Shown: in pieces, positions 19,859 through 29,511 of the stretch | Numbering within the stretch: the stretch's first letter is position 1 | Layout of the letters: each line of letters starts with the position of its first letter | NCBI GenBank assembly: GCA_947589185.1 | Contig: CANQCK010000002.1 | Span: 60,925 to 124,924 of the forward strand | Length of the DNA: 64,000 bases | DNA from: an uncultured Clostridia bacterium | Lineage (GTDB): Bacteria > Bacillota > Clostridia > Oscillospirales > Ruminococcaceae | Direction: 5' to 3' | Made by a program: the position numbers and the translations under genes | The notes under the pieces: model-generated | What the model saw: the letters and a program-made list of their open reading frames with translations, nothing else | The model's database searches: none | What the model was told of the DNA's origin: nothing

Positions 19859-19982
19859 AGGAAATTTAATTAACGTAAAAGTTAATTTGATTTGACCGTG
19901 TCACACGGTTCATTTCATCCTCTCCAAAATTTTTACACGGAAAAAGAGCTGCATCCTAACCAAATGCGGCTCTTTTCTTTTT
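19859..19982 (+). ncRNA. candidate ~120-nt structured RNA (sRNA or cis-acting leader)
   Basis: Lies between the promoter above and an intrinsic terminator (19945-19982: AGAGCTGCA..TGCGGCTCT plus a T-run). Internal hairpins AATTAAC/GTTAATT and ACCGTG/CACGGT. No ORF. Confidence 0.3.
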
Positions 19983-20092
19983 GATAAAGATTAGGTCATT
20001 TTCACCAACAATTATTATATAATATTGTACACTTTGCCCATTGCTTTTTTGAATTTCAAGTTGTATAACATAAGTGAAAATGGGGTGATATT

Positions 20093-20377
20093 ATGACAAT
20101 AAACTGGTTTGATGAATCTTTTAAAATTCCATTAGGTTTTGGAATTACAATTACTATAATCATTATACTATCAGTATTAGTACCCGTCTTAATATACCTG
20201 TCGAAAACAATTTATGTTTGCGATAAATGCGGTTGTCGTTTCAGACTAAAATGGTATAAGTGTATGTTTTCAATTCATATGAATGATGACAGATATTTAA
20301 AATGTCCAAAATGTAAAAAGAAAAACTGGTGTTCGCCATCATGCAATCAAAACGGCAATATAGATATTGATAAATAA
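20093..20377 (+). CDS. small membrane-anchored zinc-ribbon protein
   Basis: 94 aa with one TM segment followed by CDKCGC...CPKCKK. Confidence 0.5.
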   Translation: MTINWFDESFKIPLGFGITITIIIILSVLVPVLIYLSKTIYVCDKCGCRFRLKWYKCMFSIHMNDDRYLKCPKCKKKNWCSPSCNQNGNIDIDK

Positions 20378-20387
20378 TAATATAACT

Positions 20388-20414
20388 AAAGGTCGGCAGT
20401 TTTGCCGACCTTTT
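20388..20414. terminator. bidirectional intrinsic terminator
   Basis: AAAGGTCGGCA-GTTT-TGCCGACCTTTT. Confidence 0.8.
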
Positions 20415-20422
20415 ATTATATA

Positions 20423-20731
20423 CTATTTCCCGTCCCAAATGTAAGTATCAAGATCGACCTTACCCTCATCTGAAACTTCGATCCCGTCAGCTCTAAGAAA
20501 GGTGATCTGCATATTTTCCCCACCAAATGCAAACGCCTTGGATACCTCGCCGAAGCGGTTTACCACACGATAGCAGGGAATGTTCTCAGGGTCGGGATTG
20601 ACGTGAAGTGCGTAGCCCACGACCCGTGAAAGACGTCTGTTCCCTGCCAGAGCCGCAATCTGCCCATAGGTTGCAACTCTGCCTTTGGGAATTCTTTTAA
20701 CTACCTCGTATATTTTTTCAAAAGTATTCAT
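20423..20731 (-). CDS. MGMT-family DNA-binding domain protein (single domain)
   Basis: 102 aa; RVATYGQIA helix-turn-helix region and IPCYRVV at the alkyl-acceptor site. Confidence 0.75.
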   Translation of the reverse strand: MNTFEKIYEVVKRIPKGRVATYGQIAALAGNRRLSRVVGYALHVNPDPENIPCYRVVNRFGEVSKAFAFGGENMQITFLRADGIEVSDEGKVDLDTYIWDGK

Positions 20732-20743
20732 CTTATCACCGCT

Positions 20744-23707
20744 TTAATCTTCGCCCAGTTTGAGTGCCTGCGAAACCTTTATCTTGGAAATTATTCTTCC
20801 CAGAATTCCAAAGCATATGATAAGCATTATACCTACTATTGCATAAATTTTCAGATAATCGCTCCTTTGCGGAACAACACTGAACGGAGGCACTGCGTCA
20901 TATGAATTAAACAGCGACTGGAACAGAGGTACAAACAAGTCGCTTGCTATTCCGCCTATCACTATTGAAACCACTATTGCCGCACCCGATACCAAAAGCT
21001 GTTCATAGAACAACATTCCTATTATTTCTCTGAATGTCATTCCCATTGCTCTCAGTATTCCAAACTGGAGCGTTCTTGCCTTTATAGAAAGTATCCAGTA
21101 AATCAAAAAACCTATTATGCACATTATCATAATTATGATAAAACCGAGCGTCAGGGCACCGTTTAAGCCCTGAAGCATAGGGTCGTTCTTTTCTGCAATG
21201 ACCTCCTGCGACGCTACATTGAGCTTAGTAGGTTCAATGTCTGACTTCTCGATAGACTTGTAAAAATCCGAAACAGACGCATTATCGTCTAAATCTATCC
21301 AGACCTCATAAGGCTCGATTGCCGCCTGAACCTGAACGTAATCGAAGTTCATAACAGCAAAATCCTTAGTGCTTCCGTCCTCGTTCTCCTCAAGAGGATT
21401 TAGAGACGGCCAATAGTCAACAAACGCCAAAACGGTTGCGTCAAATTCAGAGTTGCTTCCCCACGAGACCTTTATTTCATCGCCCTTTTCGTATCCGTAG
21501 TTTTCTTTAAACGACGACGAAAGTATTATTCCGTTATTATATTTAGCTAAAGCGTCAAGATAATTATTAATATGAACAGGCAGTAAGCTGTTCTTTAACC
21601 AGCAAACCTTTGAAAACTCACTAGGTACAACTGTCATAAGATTTATGTTTTCAATCTCATTTGAATTACCTGTTAAGGTTATAACTCCGCCGCCCTTGCC
21701 GCTTTCCTTATCAAACTCACGGTCTTCTCTAACCACTTCCTTTTTAACAAAGGTACGGTCGCTCGTTATAGTAGTAATATTATTTTTATATACTCTTGCC
21801 GCATTTTTAACACCTGACAAGTTTTCAAATCTGTCAAAAGACGGCTCAATATATACAAGAGATGAAGCGTCGACTTCTTCTTCGCTTTGCTCTGTTTCGG
21901 TTGCCGAAGAACCCATAGTTGCCGCCTGCTCCTGAGTTACCGTCGAATCCTTTGAGCTGTTATACCATTCCTCTGCCATAACTGCGTCGCAGCCGATAGA
22001 ATAATAGGTTTTCTCCTCAGCATTTCGATTTAACGCCCTTGCGGTATTTGCAAAGAAAAGCCCGAGCGATATGGTAAGAATCAAGAACACCATAATAAAT
22101 CCCTCGCGTCCTGTTGAAGAACGTCCTATATTGTTAAGAGAAACATACTGTGCAGGCGTCCAAAATCTTTTGCCGACAATGTATATAAGTCTTATAATCA
22201 GCGGATAAATTCTGATAACAAGCAATCCCGCTCCCAGAATGAAAGCTGTAGACGCAGCAAAAAGCACAGGGTTTACTGTTGCTGTTGTATCGGTCACTCC
22301 CTGACTTATAAGCTTTTGCTGAGTGTTGTTGTAAAAATACAGCCACACAACTGAACCTGCAATAAGTATAAAGTCAACACCGAGTTTTTTCCAAAGCGGA
22401 ATTTTCCTCTTTACCGCCTTAGATGCCTTATGTTCGACAATAGTTGTCTTTGTTGCAGGGTAAGTCGGAATAAGAGTTGTAAAAAAGAATACGCAAACTG
22501 CAAGCAAAGCATACAAAAACGCCTCAACCGACAATCTGATCGGCAGTGCCGTTCGGTTTACAAATTCCAAAAATCCGTTTGACGCACCCAAAATCTTACA
22601 AAGAGCCAATCCCAAAAGCGGTCCTATTATTGCAGTTATAACTCCAAGAACTATCGACTCAAGTGCATAGATAAACATTATTTGAAGCCGTGACGCACCT
22701 CTGCTTTTAAACACTGCGATTTCGTTTTTCTCAGCCTCTACATTCAGCTTAGAAACCATAAACAGATAAAACAAAATCATCAGCATAACAGGAATCTGAA
22801 TAAGCCATAGAATCAGTTTAAGCTGCGAAGATCTGCCTGCATATTCATTTAGAATATCCAGTGCAGGAACCGAAAGGGTCACTCCTGCCGATGCGTAAAC
22901 GTTTTCCTGCTCAGAAAGTAGATCTGTCACGCCTGACAAAGAGGTCATATCAATATTTCGGTAATCTATTGCATAATGCTCTGACATTTTTATGATCGAA
23001 ACCGCTTTTGTTTTTATTATCTGAGAAAGCATAAGGTCGTAATCAATAAACATAGTGCTTATATACTTATCGTCAAGACCCTCCGACCAATACGGATCGT
23101 TTGGATTTTTTACGTCGAACATTCCAACTACAACGACCTTAGTCGTTATGCCCTCATTGAAAGCGTTTGCAATAGTGTATTCCTGATTTAGGTCAAGTCC
23201 GGTATTCTGTAAAGAATCCTCTGTCATCACGCATTCAAAAACTCCGTCGTTTCTGCTTGTGTCGGGCAGCCGCCCGTCTTTTATTTTAATATGCTCGTAA
23301 ACATCCGTCATTCCGGTAAGATAAAATCTTGCAGGCTCCTGAGTTGAGGATTTATCAATGTTTTTTGCATAAAGATATGTATCGGTAATTGTCTTTTTCT
23401 CACTGACAGTCGGAAAACCAAGATTATCGAAATTGTCCTCAAAAGACTCTGTCATTCTTCTTACGACTTCAGACTGCTTATCTGCGTCTATATCCAGCGG
23501 CAAATTGTATTCTGCCGAATACAGACCCGGGTTCTCCTCATTTTCCGTCTGATAGGCTTCCATATCCTTAACGAGCATTCTTTGAAGAGAAGCATTCATA
23601 TATATCGGAATGGTACTCATCATTGCAGACGCCATTATAAAACCCAGCAAAAGACAAATTACCATCCACTTGGTATTCTGCATTTTTCTAAACAACAGGG
23701 TAAACAT
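20744..23707 (-). CDS. FtsX-like ABC transporter permease (double FtsX domain, ~990 aa)
   Basis: N- and C-terminal 4-TM FtsX modules with large extracytoplasmic domains. ATG 23707 has the SD GAGAGGGA; the ORF track's TTG 23743 abuts the upstream stop codon. Confidence 0.8.
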   Translation of the reverse strand: MFTLLFRKMQNTKWMVICLLLGFIMASAMMSTIPIYMNASLQRMLVKDMEAYQTENEENPGLYSAEYNLPLDIDADKQSEVVRRMTESFEDNFDNLGFPTVSEKKTITDTYLYAKNIDKSSTQEPARFYLTGMTDVYEHIKIKDGRLPDTSRNDGVFECVMTEDSLQNTGLDLNQEYTIANAFNEGITTKVVVVGMFDVKNPNDPYWSEGLDDKYISTMFIDYDLMLSQIIKTKAVSIIKMSEHYAIDYRNIDMTSLSGVTDLLSEQENVYASAGVTLSVPALDILNEYAGRSSQLKLILWLIQIPVMLMILFYLFMVSKLNVEAEKNEIAVFKSRGASRLQIMFIYALESIVLGVITAIIGPLLGLALCKILGASNGFLEFVNRTALPIRLSVEAFLYALLAVCVFFFTTLIPTYPATKTTIVEHKASKAVKRKIPLWKKLGVDFILIAGSVVWLYFYNNTQQKLISQGVTDTTATVNPVLFAASTAFILGAGLLVIRIYPLIIRLIYIVGKRFWTPAQYVSLNNIGRSSTGREGFIMVFLILTISLGLFFANTARALNRNAEEKTYYSIGCDAVMAEEWYNSSKDSTVTQEQAATMGSSATETEQSEEEVDASSLVYIEPSFDRFENLSGVKNAARVYKNNITTITSDRTFVKKEVVREDREFDKESGKGGGVITLTGNSNEIENINLMTVVPSEFSKVCWLKNSLLPVHINNYLDALAKYNNGIILSSSFKENYGYEKGDEIKVSWGSNSEFDATVLAFVDYWPSLNPLEENEDGSTKDFAVMNFDYVQVQAAIEPYEVWIDLDDNASVSDFYKSIEKSDIEPTKLNVASQEVIAEKNDPMLQGLNGALTLGFIIIMIMCIIGFLIYWILSIKARTLQFGILRAMGMTFREIIGMLFYEQLLVSGAAIVVSIVIGGIASDLFVPLFQSLFNSYDAVPPFSVVPQRSDYLKIYAIVGIMLIICFGILGRIISKIKVSQALKLGED

Positions 23708-23743
23708 AAATTCTATCCCTCTCTTAAAACTTTCTAAAGCCAA

Positions 23744-24757
23744 CTACCTGACAACTATCTTGTCGCCTTCCTTAAGCCCTGATTTGATTTCTGATGCCGT
23801 AGAGGTTTCAAGTCCGACTTCAACCTCTTTTGCTTCTCTTTCCCCGTTTTCATTGAGAATATATACGATATTCTGACCGTTTACAGTTTTAATCAGCCTT
23901 GAAGGAATACTGATAACATTTTCCGCCTTGTCCAGAACCATAATAGCATCGGCAATATTGCCTATAGCATTCGTCGGAACCTTTTTACCCGTGAACTTTA
24001 TATATACATAATTCGCCTCAAATTTCTGCTCGCTTTTTTCGGGAATATTATTCGGGGTCATATAAACCCTTGCCGGATAATATTTATTTTTATACTTTAT
24101 TTTCAGTTTTTGATTCATTTTATACCTTGACATATTTTCATTAGACGGCTGAATTGCTATAAACAGACTTCCCGTATCAACAATTGAGGCAACAACCTCT
24201 CCCGCAGATATTTCATCGCCTGCCGACAACGATGTTACAGACGAAACCGTACCCGAACGTTCTGCATAGAGATAAGAGCTTTCTAACTGTTCATTAAGCT
24301 GTTCTAGCTCATTCTTCAGAATATCAACCTCAACCTGTGCATTGTCAATTTCAGACTGAAAAGCCTTATTTTTCTTTAAAATCTGCTTTTCCAGCTTTGC
24401 TTTTTTTATGTGCAGTTCCTTGTCCTTTATCTGATAATCCAAGTCTCCGGTATCCAGCTCACAAATCAAATCGCCGCTTGATACCTTATCGCCTGCCGAA
24501 ACGTGAATCTTTTTAATTTTACCGCCCTGATTTTCATATGAAAGCTCTGTTGTTTTTATAGAATCAATCTTGCCCGAATAAATGATCTGCTTTATAAGGT
24601 CGCTTCTCTCGGCAGTAATAGTAGTGTATTTTACTTCGCTTGCCTTTACGTTCGGAGCTTCTAATACCTCTTCCTCATCAGGTAAAAAATAGCACCCGCA
24701 CAATGCTGTCAACGAAATTATAACAGCCATACATATAGAAAAGTATTTTTTAATCAT
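23744..24757 (-). CDS. HlyD/MacA-like periplasmic adaptor lipoprotein
   Basis: Lipobox LTALCGC after MIKKYFSICMAVIISL, then a coiled coil and barrel-sandwich regions. Start moved to ATG 24757 (SD GGATGGAGA) because the longer ORF overlaps fucI. Confidence 0.75.
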   Translation of the reverse strand: MIKKYFSICMAVIISLTALCGCYFLPDEEEVLEAPNVKASEVKYTTITAERSDLIKQIIYSGKIDSIKTTELSYENQGGKIKKIHVSAGDKVSSGDLICELDTGDLDYQIKDKELHIKKAKLEKQILKKNKAFQSEIDNAQVEVDILKNELEQLNEQLESSYLYAERSGTVSSVTSLSAGDEISAGEVVASIVDTGSLFIAIQPSNENMSRYKMNQKLKIKYKNKYYPARVYMTPNNIPEKSEQKFEANYVYIKFTGKKVPTNAIGNIADAIMVLDKAENVISIPSRLIKTVNGQNIVYILNENGEREAKEVEVGLETSTASEIKSGLKEGDKIVVR

Positions 24758-24821
24758 AACTATCTCCATCCTTAACCAAAGCAAGGGGAGCATTACTTTG
24801 CACCCCCTTGACAAATTAAAG

Positions 24822-26573
24822 CTATTTATAGAGTGGTCCGTAGTTTTGGCAGGCTCTGTAATCAGCACCTTCTAAATCCTTTGTGCCGAATGCACTCCAG
24901 CAGTGCGGACGATATATCTCATCATCAGGAACATTGTGCATTGACACAGGTATTCTCAGCATCGAAGCGAGAGTAATTAAGTCAGCTCCGATATGTCCGT
25001 ATGAAAGCGAACCGTGGTTTGCTCCCCAGTTAGCCATAACGCTGTATACGTCTTTAAATGCTCCGCTTCCTGTAAGTCTCGGTGCGAACCATGTTGTAGG
25101 CCATGTCGGGTCAGTTCTCTTATCAATCGTATTGTGGATCTGATCAGGCAGAACACAGGTATATCCCTCTGCGATCTGCAGCACAGGACCTAATCCGTCA
25201 ACTATATTGAGCCTCATCATTGTAACAGGCATTTCAGCCAATGTCTTCCAATGTGAAGAGAATCCGCCGCCTCTGAAATAACCAAGATTTGCAGGTCTCC
25301 AGTCAGTAGCTTTTAAGCAGGCGTCAATGTTTTCGTCTGTCATCTCCCACCACTTTTTCATCATACCGTCAGCAGCACCTGTTCCGTCAAGTGCGGCAGC
25401 ACCCGAATTGATCAAGTGAATAAATCCGTTTGCAGCCTTGCCCTCAGGTCTCATTCCGCATACTCTTTCAACTGCATCAGGACTCCAGTATGTTCTTACG
25501 TCTGCAAAGATACTTGCAGTGTGCGAGAGCAATTGCCCGAGCAGCATCGAAACGCCGTTCAGACCGTCGTTTTCAGTCGCAAGTATAACCGGCTTTCTCT
25601 TTCCGTTCCAGTCAAAGGTAGAATTTAGCATAGCCTCGCAGAAGTCTGCGTTCGGTTTATAATCCGTCCACTGTCTTTGACCCTGAAAACCGCCCAAAAG
25701 AGCATTTCTTCCGCAGGATTCTTCAACCCAGCCCATTTCTGCCAGCTTTGGATTTCCAAGCATTATATCACGAATTATAAGAGTCATCTTAACGGTAAAC
25801 TCCCAATCCTTTTCGCTTCTCTCATCGCCCTGAACTATAGGAGGATCGTTTACATTGTCGTCGCCCTGAGGACAATGCTCTTTTGTCCATGCAAGAGCTT
25901 TCTTAAACTCCTCCTCGTCATAAATACCAAGCTCCATACGCCTTAAAATCTCTACCTCGTCTACCCACTCGGCACGAAGTCCCAAATATTTTGAAAAGAA
26001 CTCAACATTGCAGTATGAACCTGCAATACCCATTGCAACCGCACCGATATTACAATATGCCTTATTCTTCATTTCGCCGACTGCAACAGCACATCTCGCA
26101 AAACGCAAGAGCTTTTCCTCAACATCGGCAGGAACCTCTTTATCACCTATGTCTTTAACGTCGTGACCGTATATTGCAAAGCACGGCTGACCGTTCTGAG
26201 CATATGCCGCCATAGCTGCTGCCAAATATACAGCACCCGGACGCTCTGTACCGTTAAATCCCCATAATGCCTTGATTGTAGTAGGATTGTTGTCGGTCGT
26301 TTCAGTTCCATAGCACCAGCATGGCGAAACAGAAAGAGTTGCAACTACATTTTCCTTAGAGAACTTTTCTTCGCATAATGCAGCCTCATATCCTCCGCCG
26401 ATAGTAGTATCCGCAATAACGCACTGAACAGGCGTTCCGTCTGAATATGTCACCTTAGAGCTTATCAAATCAGCCGCAATCTTAGCCATATCCATCGTCT
26501 GTTCTTCCAGCCCCTCGCGGATACCCTTTCTTCTTCCGTCAATTATAGGTCTTATTCCTATCTTGTAATACAT
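24822..26573 (-). CDS. fucI: L-fucose isomerase
   Basis: 583 aa. IGIRPIIDGRR, GFNGTERPGAVYLAAA and LLRFAR closely parallel E. coli FucI. Confidence 0.88.
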   Translation of the reverse strand: MYYKIGIRPIIDGRRKGIREGLEEQTMDMAKIAADLISSKVTYSDGTPVQCVIADTTIGGGYEAALCEEKFSKENVVATLSVSPCWCYGTETTDNNPTTIKALWGFNGTERPGAVYLAAAMAAYAQNGQPCFAIYGHDVKDIGDKEVPADVEEKLLRFARCAVAVGEMKNKAYCNIGAVAMGIAGSYCNVEFFSKYLGLRAEWVDEVEILRRMELGIYDEEEFKKALAWTKEHCPQGDDNVNDPPIVQGDERSEKDWEFTVKMTLIIRDIMLGNPKLAEMGWVEESCGRNALLGGFQGQRQWTDYKPNADFCEAMLNSTFDWNGKRKPVILATENDGLNGVSMLLGQLLSHTASIFADVRTYWSPDAVERVCGMRPEGKAANGFIHLINSGAAALDGTGAADGMMKKWWEMTDENIDACLKATDWRPANLGYFRGGGFSSHWKTLAEMPVTMMRLNIVDGLGPVLQIAEGYTCVLPDQIHNTIDKRTDPTWPTTWFAPRLTGSGAFKDVYSVMANWGANHGSLSYGHIGADLITLASMLRIPVSMHNVPDDEIYRPHCWSAFGTKDLEGADYRACQNYGPLYK

Positions 26574-26589
26574 TTTCTTTCCCTCCGAT

Positions 26590-28074
26590 TTATTTAATTT
26601 TTATTATTTTCTTGAAATCATTATAAGCATTTTCAAAAGCTTTTACTTCTTTTTCTTCCGGCTCATAACTCTTTACATTATCTGATTTTGCAATAATCTC
26701 TCTTGCTTCTCTTACATCAGAAATGCAGCCGTCCGCCATAAGCTGAACAGCAATATTTCCGAACACAGTCGCTTCAACAGGTCCTGCTGTAACACAAGCG
26801 TTGCAGGAATTCGCCGTCATCTGACATAAAAGACCGTCTTTTGTTCCTCCGCCGACTATATTTATGGCCTTGTAATCTTTGCCGGTAAGCTCTCTTATCT
26901 GGTCAAACGCATAGCGGTATTTCAAACTCAAACTCTCATAAATACACCTTACTGTTTCTCCGACCGTCTGAGGTACATATTGCCCCGTTTCTTCGCAGAA
27001 CTCCCGAATCCTCTTAGGAAGATTGCCCGGCGGCGTAAGAGTAGGGTAATCGGGATCAACAAAACACTTAAACGGCTCGCTTTCAAGTGCCAGCTTTTCC
27101 AAATCGGCAAAGGAATAATCCTTGCCCTCTCTCTGCCACTGACGTCTGCTTTCCTGTATCAGCCAAAGACCGATTATATTTTTCAAAACATTAGTTGTTC
27201 CGCCGTAACCGCCCTCATTTGTCAGATTAAGCTCATAGGCTTTGTCTGAAACAATCGGTTTATCAGTTTCCGTTCCGAAAAGCGACCACGTTCCGCAGGA
27301 GACAAATATAAAATCCTTTTCCTGCGTCGGAACTGCCACAACCGCATTTTGAGTGTCATGCCCGCAGACCGCTGTTACAGGAACCTTTTGCAGTCCCAGT
27401 TCCTCACACAAATCATCTGATAATTCGCCGATCTTTGTTCCGCTCGGAACAATTTCACCGAACAGACGCTGCGGAAGCCCTAAAGCGTCAATAACATCTC
27501 TGTTCCAATTTTTAGTTTCCGGGTTTACAAGCTGAGTGGTCGAGGCTATCGAGTATTCTGTTTTCATCTTGCCGGTAAGGAAATAGTTAAACAAATCCGG
27601 CGTTAAAAGCATAGTTTCAGCACGGTCTAAAAGCGGCTGTCTGTTTTCTTTAAGAGATAGAAGCTGAAACGCCGTATTTATCTCCATTATCTGATTTCCC
27701 GTTTCCCTATACAGTTTTGGAAGCGGTATAAGCTCTGCTGCTTTATCAACCATTCCCGCAATTCTTTTATCACGGTAGTTTACTCCGCTTTCCAAAAGAA
27801 CCCCGTCACTGTCAAGAAGTCCAAAATCAACGCCCCATGTATTAATTCCGATACTGTCAAAACCGCCTGCAAGCTTTGCTTTGATAAGTCCCTGCTTTAT
27901 TTCGTGAAAGAGTCTCAGCGTATCCCAATAAAGCGTTCCGCCGAGTGAAACAGGATCGTTTGAAAACCTGTGAATTTCAGATAATTCAATTTTTTCACCG
28001 TCGAATACACCAAGCATTGCTCGACCGCTTGAAGCACCGAAATCAAATGCCAATACTCTTTTTTCTACGCTCAT
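26590..28074 (-). CDS. FGGY-family sugar kinase (rhamnulokinase/L-fuculokinase type)
   Basis: FDFGASSGR N-terminus and the FGGY fold; lies between fucA and fucI. Confidence 0.8.
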   Translation of the reverse strand: MSVEKRVLAFDFGASSGRAMLGVFDGEKIELSEIHRFSNDPVSLGGTLYWDTLRLFHEIKQGLIKAKLAGGFDSIGINTWGVDFGLLDSDGVLLESGVNYRDKRIAGMVDKAAELIPLPKLYRETGNQIMEINTAFQLLSLKENRQPLLDRAETMLLTPDLFNYFLTGKMKTEYSIASTTQLVNPETKNWNRDVIDALGLPQRLFGEIVPSGTKIGELSDDLCEELGLQKVPVTAVCGHDTQNAVVAVPTQEKDFIFVSCGTWSLFGTETDKPIVSDKAYELNLTNEGGYGGTTNVLKNIIGLWLIQESRRQWQREGKDYSFADLEKLALESEPFKCFVDPDYPTLTPPGNLPKRIREFCEETGQYVPQTVGETVRCIYESLSLKYRYAFDQIRELTGKDYKAINIVGGGTKDGLLCQMTANSCNACVTAGPVEATVFGNIAVQLMADGCISDVREAREIIAKSDNVKSYEPEEKEVKAFENAYNDFKKIIKIK

Positions 28075-28095
28075 TTAATTTCCCTCAAATACAAT

Positions 28096-28773
28096 TTATT
28101 TTGAATATTTCTTATATCCCGGGTGCTTTCCTGTTACTCCGTACTGCGGACGCATACCTATCAGTCTGTCGATATTCTCTCTGGAAATATCCTTAACTCC
28201 GCCGAGAAGCCTTGCAACTAGTGAAATCTTAGCCTGAAGCTCCAGCGTTTCCATTCTGTAATATGCTGTGATAAGATCAGCCCCGACCGTCAATGCACCG
28301 TGGTTTTCTAAAAGCATACAGTCATGCTCCTGCAAATACGGCTCAATTGCGTCAGGAACTTCATATGTAGAAGGTGTGCCGTAAGGCGTCAGCGGAACAG
28401 AACCCACTGCTATAACCGTTTCGATCATACAGTAATCATCCATAGGAAGCTGTGCACAGGCAAATCCTGTCGCCGTAGGCGGATGAGCGTGAACTACCGC
28501 ACCCACATCAGGTCTGTCGTGATAGCATTTTAAGTGCATCTTTACTTCACTTGAAGGACGCCAGCCTTCTACAGCGTCCAAAATATTGAATTCATCATCT
28601 ATCAATCCGATCTTATCGGGAGTGATAAACGCTTTTGAAACTCCTGTCTGCGTTGCGAGGTATTTTCCCTCGTCAACTTTTACGGTTACATTTCCGTCAT
28701 TAGCCGCAACCCAGCCCTGCTGCCACATTTTATGACAAACATCAACTATTTGCTCTTTGATATTCTCATACAT
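28096..28773 (-). CDS. fucA: class II aldolase (L-fuculose-phosphate aldolase-like)
   Basis: 225 aa with the VVHAHPP zinc ligand motif. First gene of the fucose operon. Confidence 0.75.
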   Translation of the reverse strand: MYENIKEQIVDVCHKMWQQGWVAANDGNVTVKVDEGKYLATQTGVSKAFITPDKIGLIDDEFNILDAVEGWRPSSEVKMHLKCYHDRPDVGAVVHAHPPTATGFACAQLPMDDYCMIETVIAVGSVPLTPYGTPSTYEVPDAIEPYLQEHDCMLLENHGALTVGADLITAYYRMETLELQAKISLVARLLGGVKDISRENIDRLIGMRPQYGVTGKHPGYKKYSK

Positions 28774-28893
28774 AAATATTACGTCCTTTCAAATTCATAT
28801 ACACTTTTATTATACTTCATTTTAAAAAGATTGTCTATCAAAAGAATGTTGCTCGTGCATAGAAAATTCACCATTATTTTTGTGAAATATTAC

Positions 28894-28925
28894 AAAAAAT
28901 ACTGCAAATATAATATTTGCAGTAT
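28894..28925 (-). terminator. intrinsic terminator
   Basis: Perfect 12-bp hairpin ATACTGCAAATA-TAA-TATTTGCAGTAT followed by a U-run on the minus strand. Confidence 0.75.
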
Positions 28926-28933
28926 GATTTATA

Positions 28934-29365
28934 TTACTTTTTGTTCTGTTGTGAAGTCCTGTGTTTGTTAATTTTCTTTTTAGATTCTTCAATATTTGAG
29001 TCGGTCTTTGAATCCAAGCTGCCTTTTTTCTTTGTTCCCTCAACAAAATCAATTGGTACAGTAAAAAGAATCCCTGTGTTAGGCTTTGATAAATCTCCGA
29101 CTGTGCTGTATACTACTCTTCTTGCAATATCAAGCTGATCGTCTTTTATAACAGAAATTATAGTTTTATTATCCTCTTCACTTCCGCTTCCTGTAAATAA
29201 AGAACGTATAGACGAACTGATAAAACTGGATTCCATCTTAGACAATGTCATCGCAAGCCCTGCCGAGTCAATTATTGTAGCACCGCCTATCCCTGCCGAC
29301 GATAAACCCTCAAGCAGGTATTCAAGTGAATCTATTTTATTGAGTATCAAAACCATCAGCTTCAT
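28934..29365 (-). CDS. P-II-like fold small protein with lysine-rich tail (hypothetical)
   Basis: MKLMVLILNK..GGATIIDSAG.. shows a beta-alpha-beta pattern. The C-terminal ~35 aa are basic and low complexity. Weak call. Confidence 0.4.
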   Translation of the reverse strand: MKLMVLILNKIDSLEYLLEGLSSAGIGGATIIDSAGLAMTLSKMESSFISSSIRSLFTGSGSEEDNKTIISVIKDDQLDIARRVVYSTVGDLSKPNTGILFTVPIDFVEGTKKKGSLDSKTDSNIEESKKKINKHRTSQQNKK

Positions 29366-29511
29366 ATTAGTCACCATACCCTTGCATCCGAAGGCATACC
29401 TTTCATCGGACTAGCCAGCTTCGCTAAGTTGCTATGTCTTTTCAAAGTAAGAACTCAAACGTGTATGCTTTTCACGATGTCTCCAAAAGTCCGTATCAAA
29501 ACACCATCCGT

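Noticed and set aside
24758-24868. N-terminal extension of the HlyD-like ORF (MLITEPAKTT...) overlapping the fucI 3-prime end; it also looks superficially like the MLLTE cassette
   Set aside because: The extension lies inside fucI coding sequence and no stem can form (TGCTG has no complement). An SD plus a lipoprotein signal peptide begin at 24757. I treat the resemblance as coincidental.
29378-29511. Possible riboswitch in the spacer upstream of the P-II-like gene
   Set aside because: I could not match it to any riboswitch consensus I know, and no convincing multi-stem structure or terminator is visible by eye.
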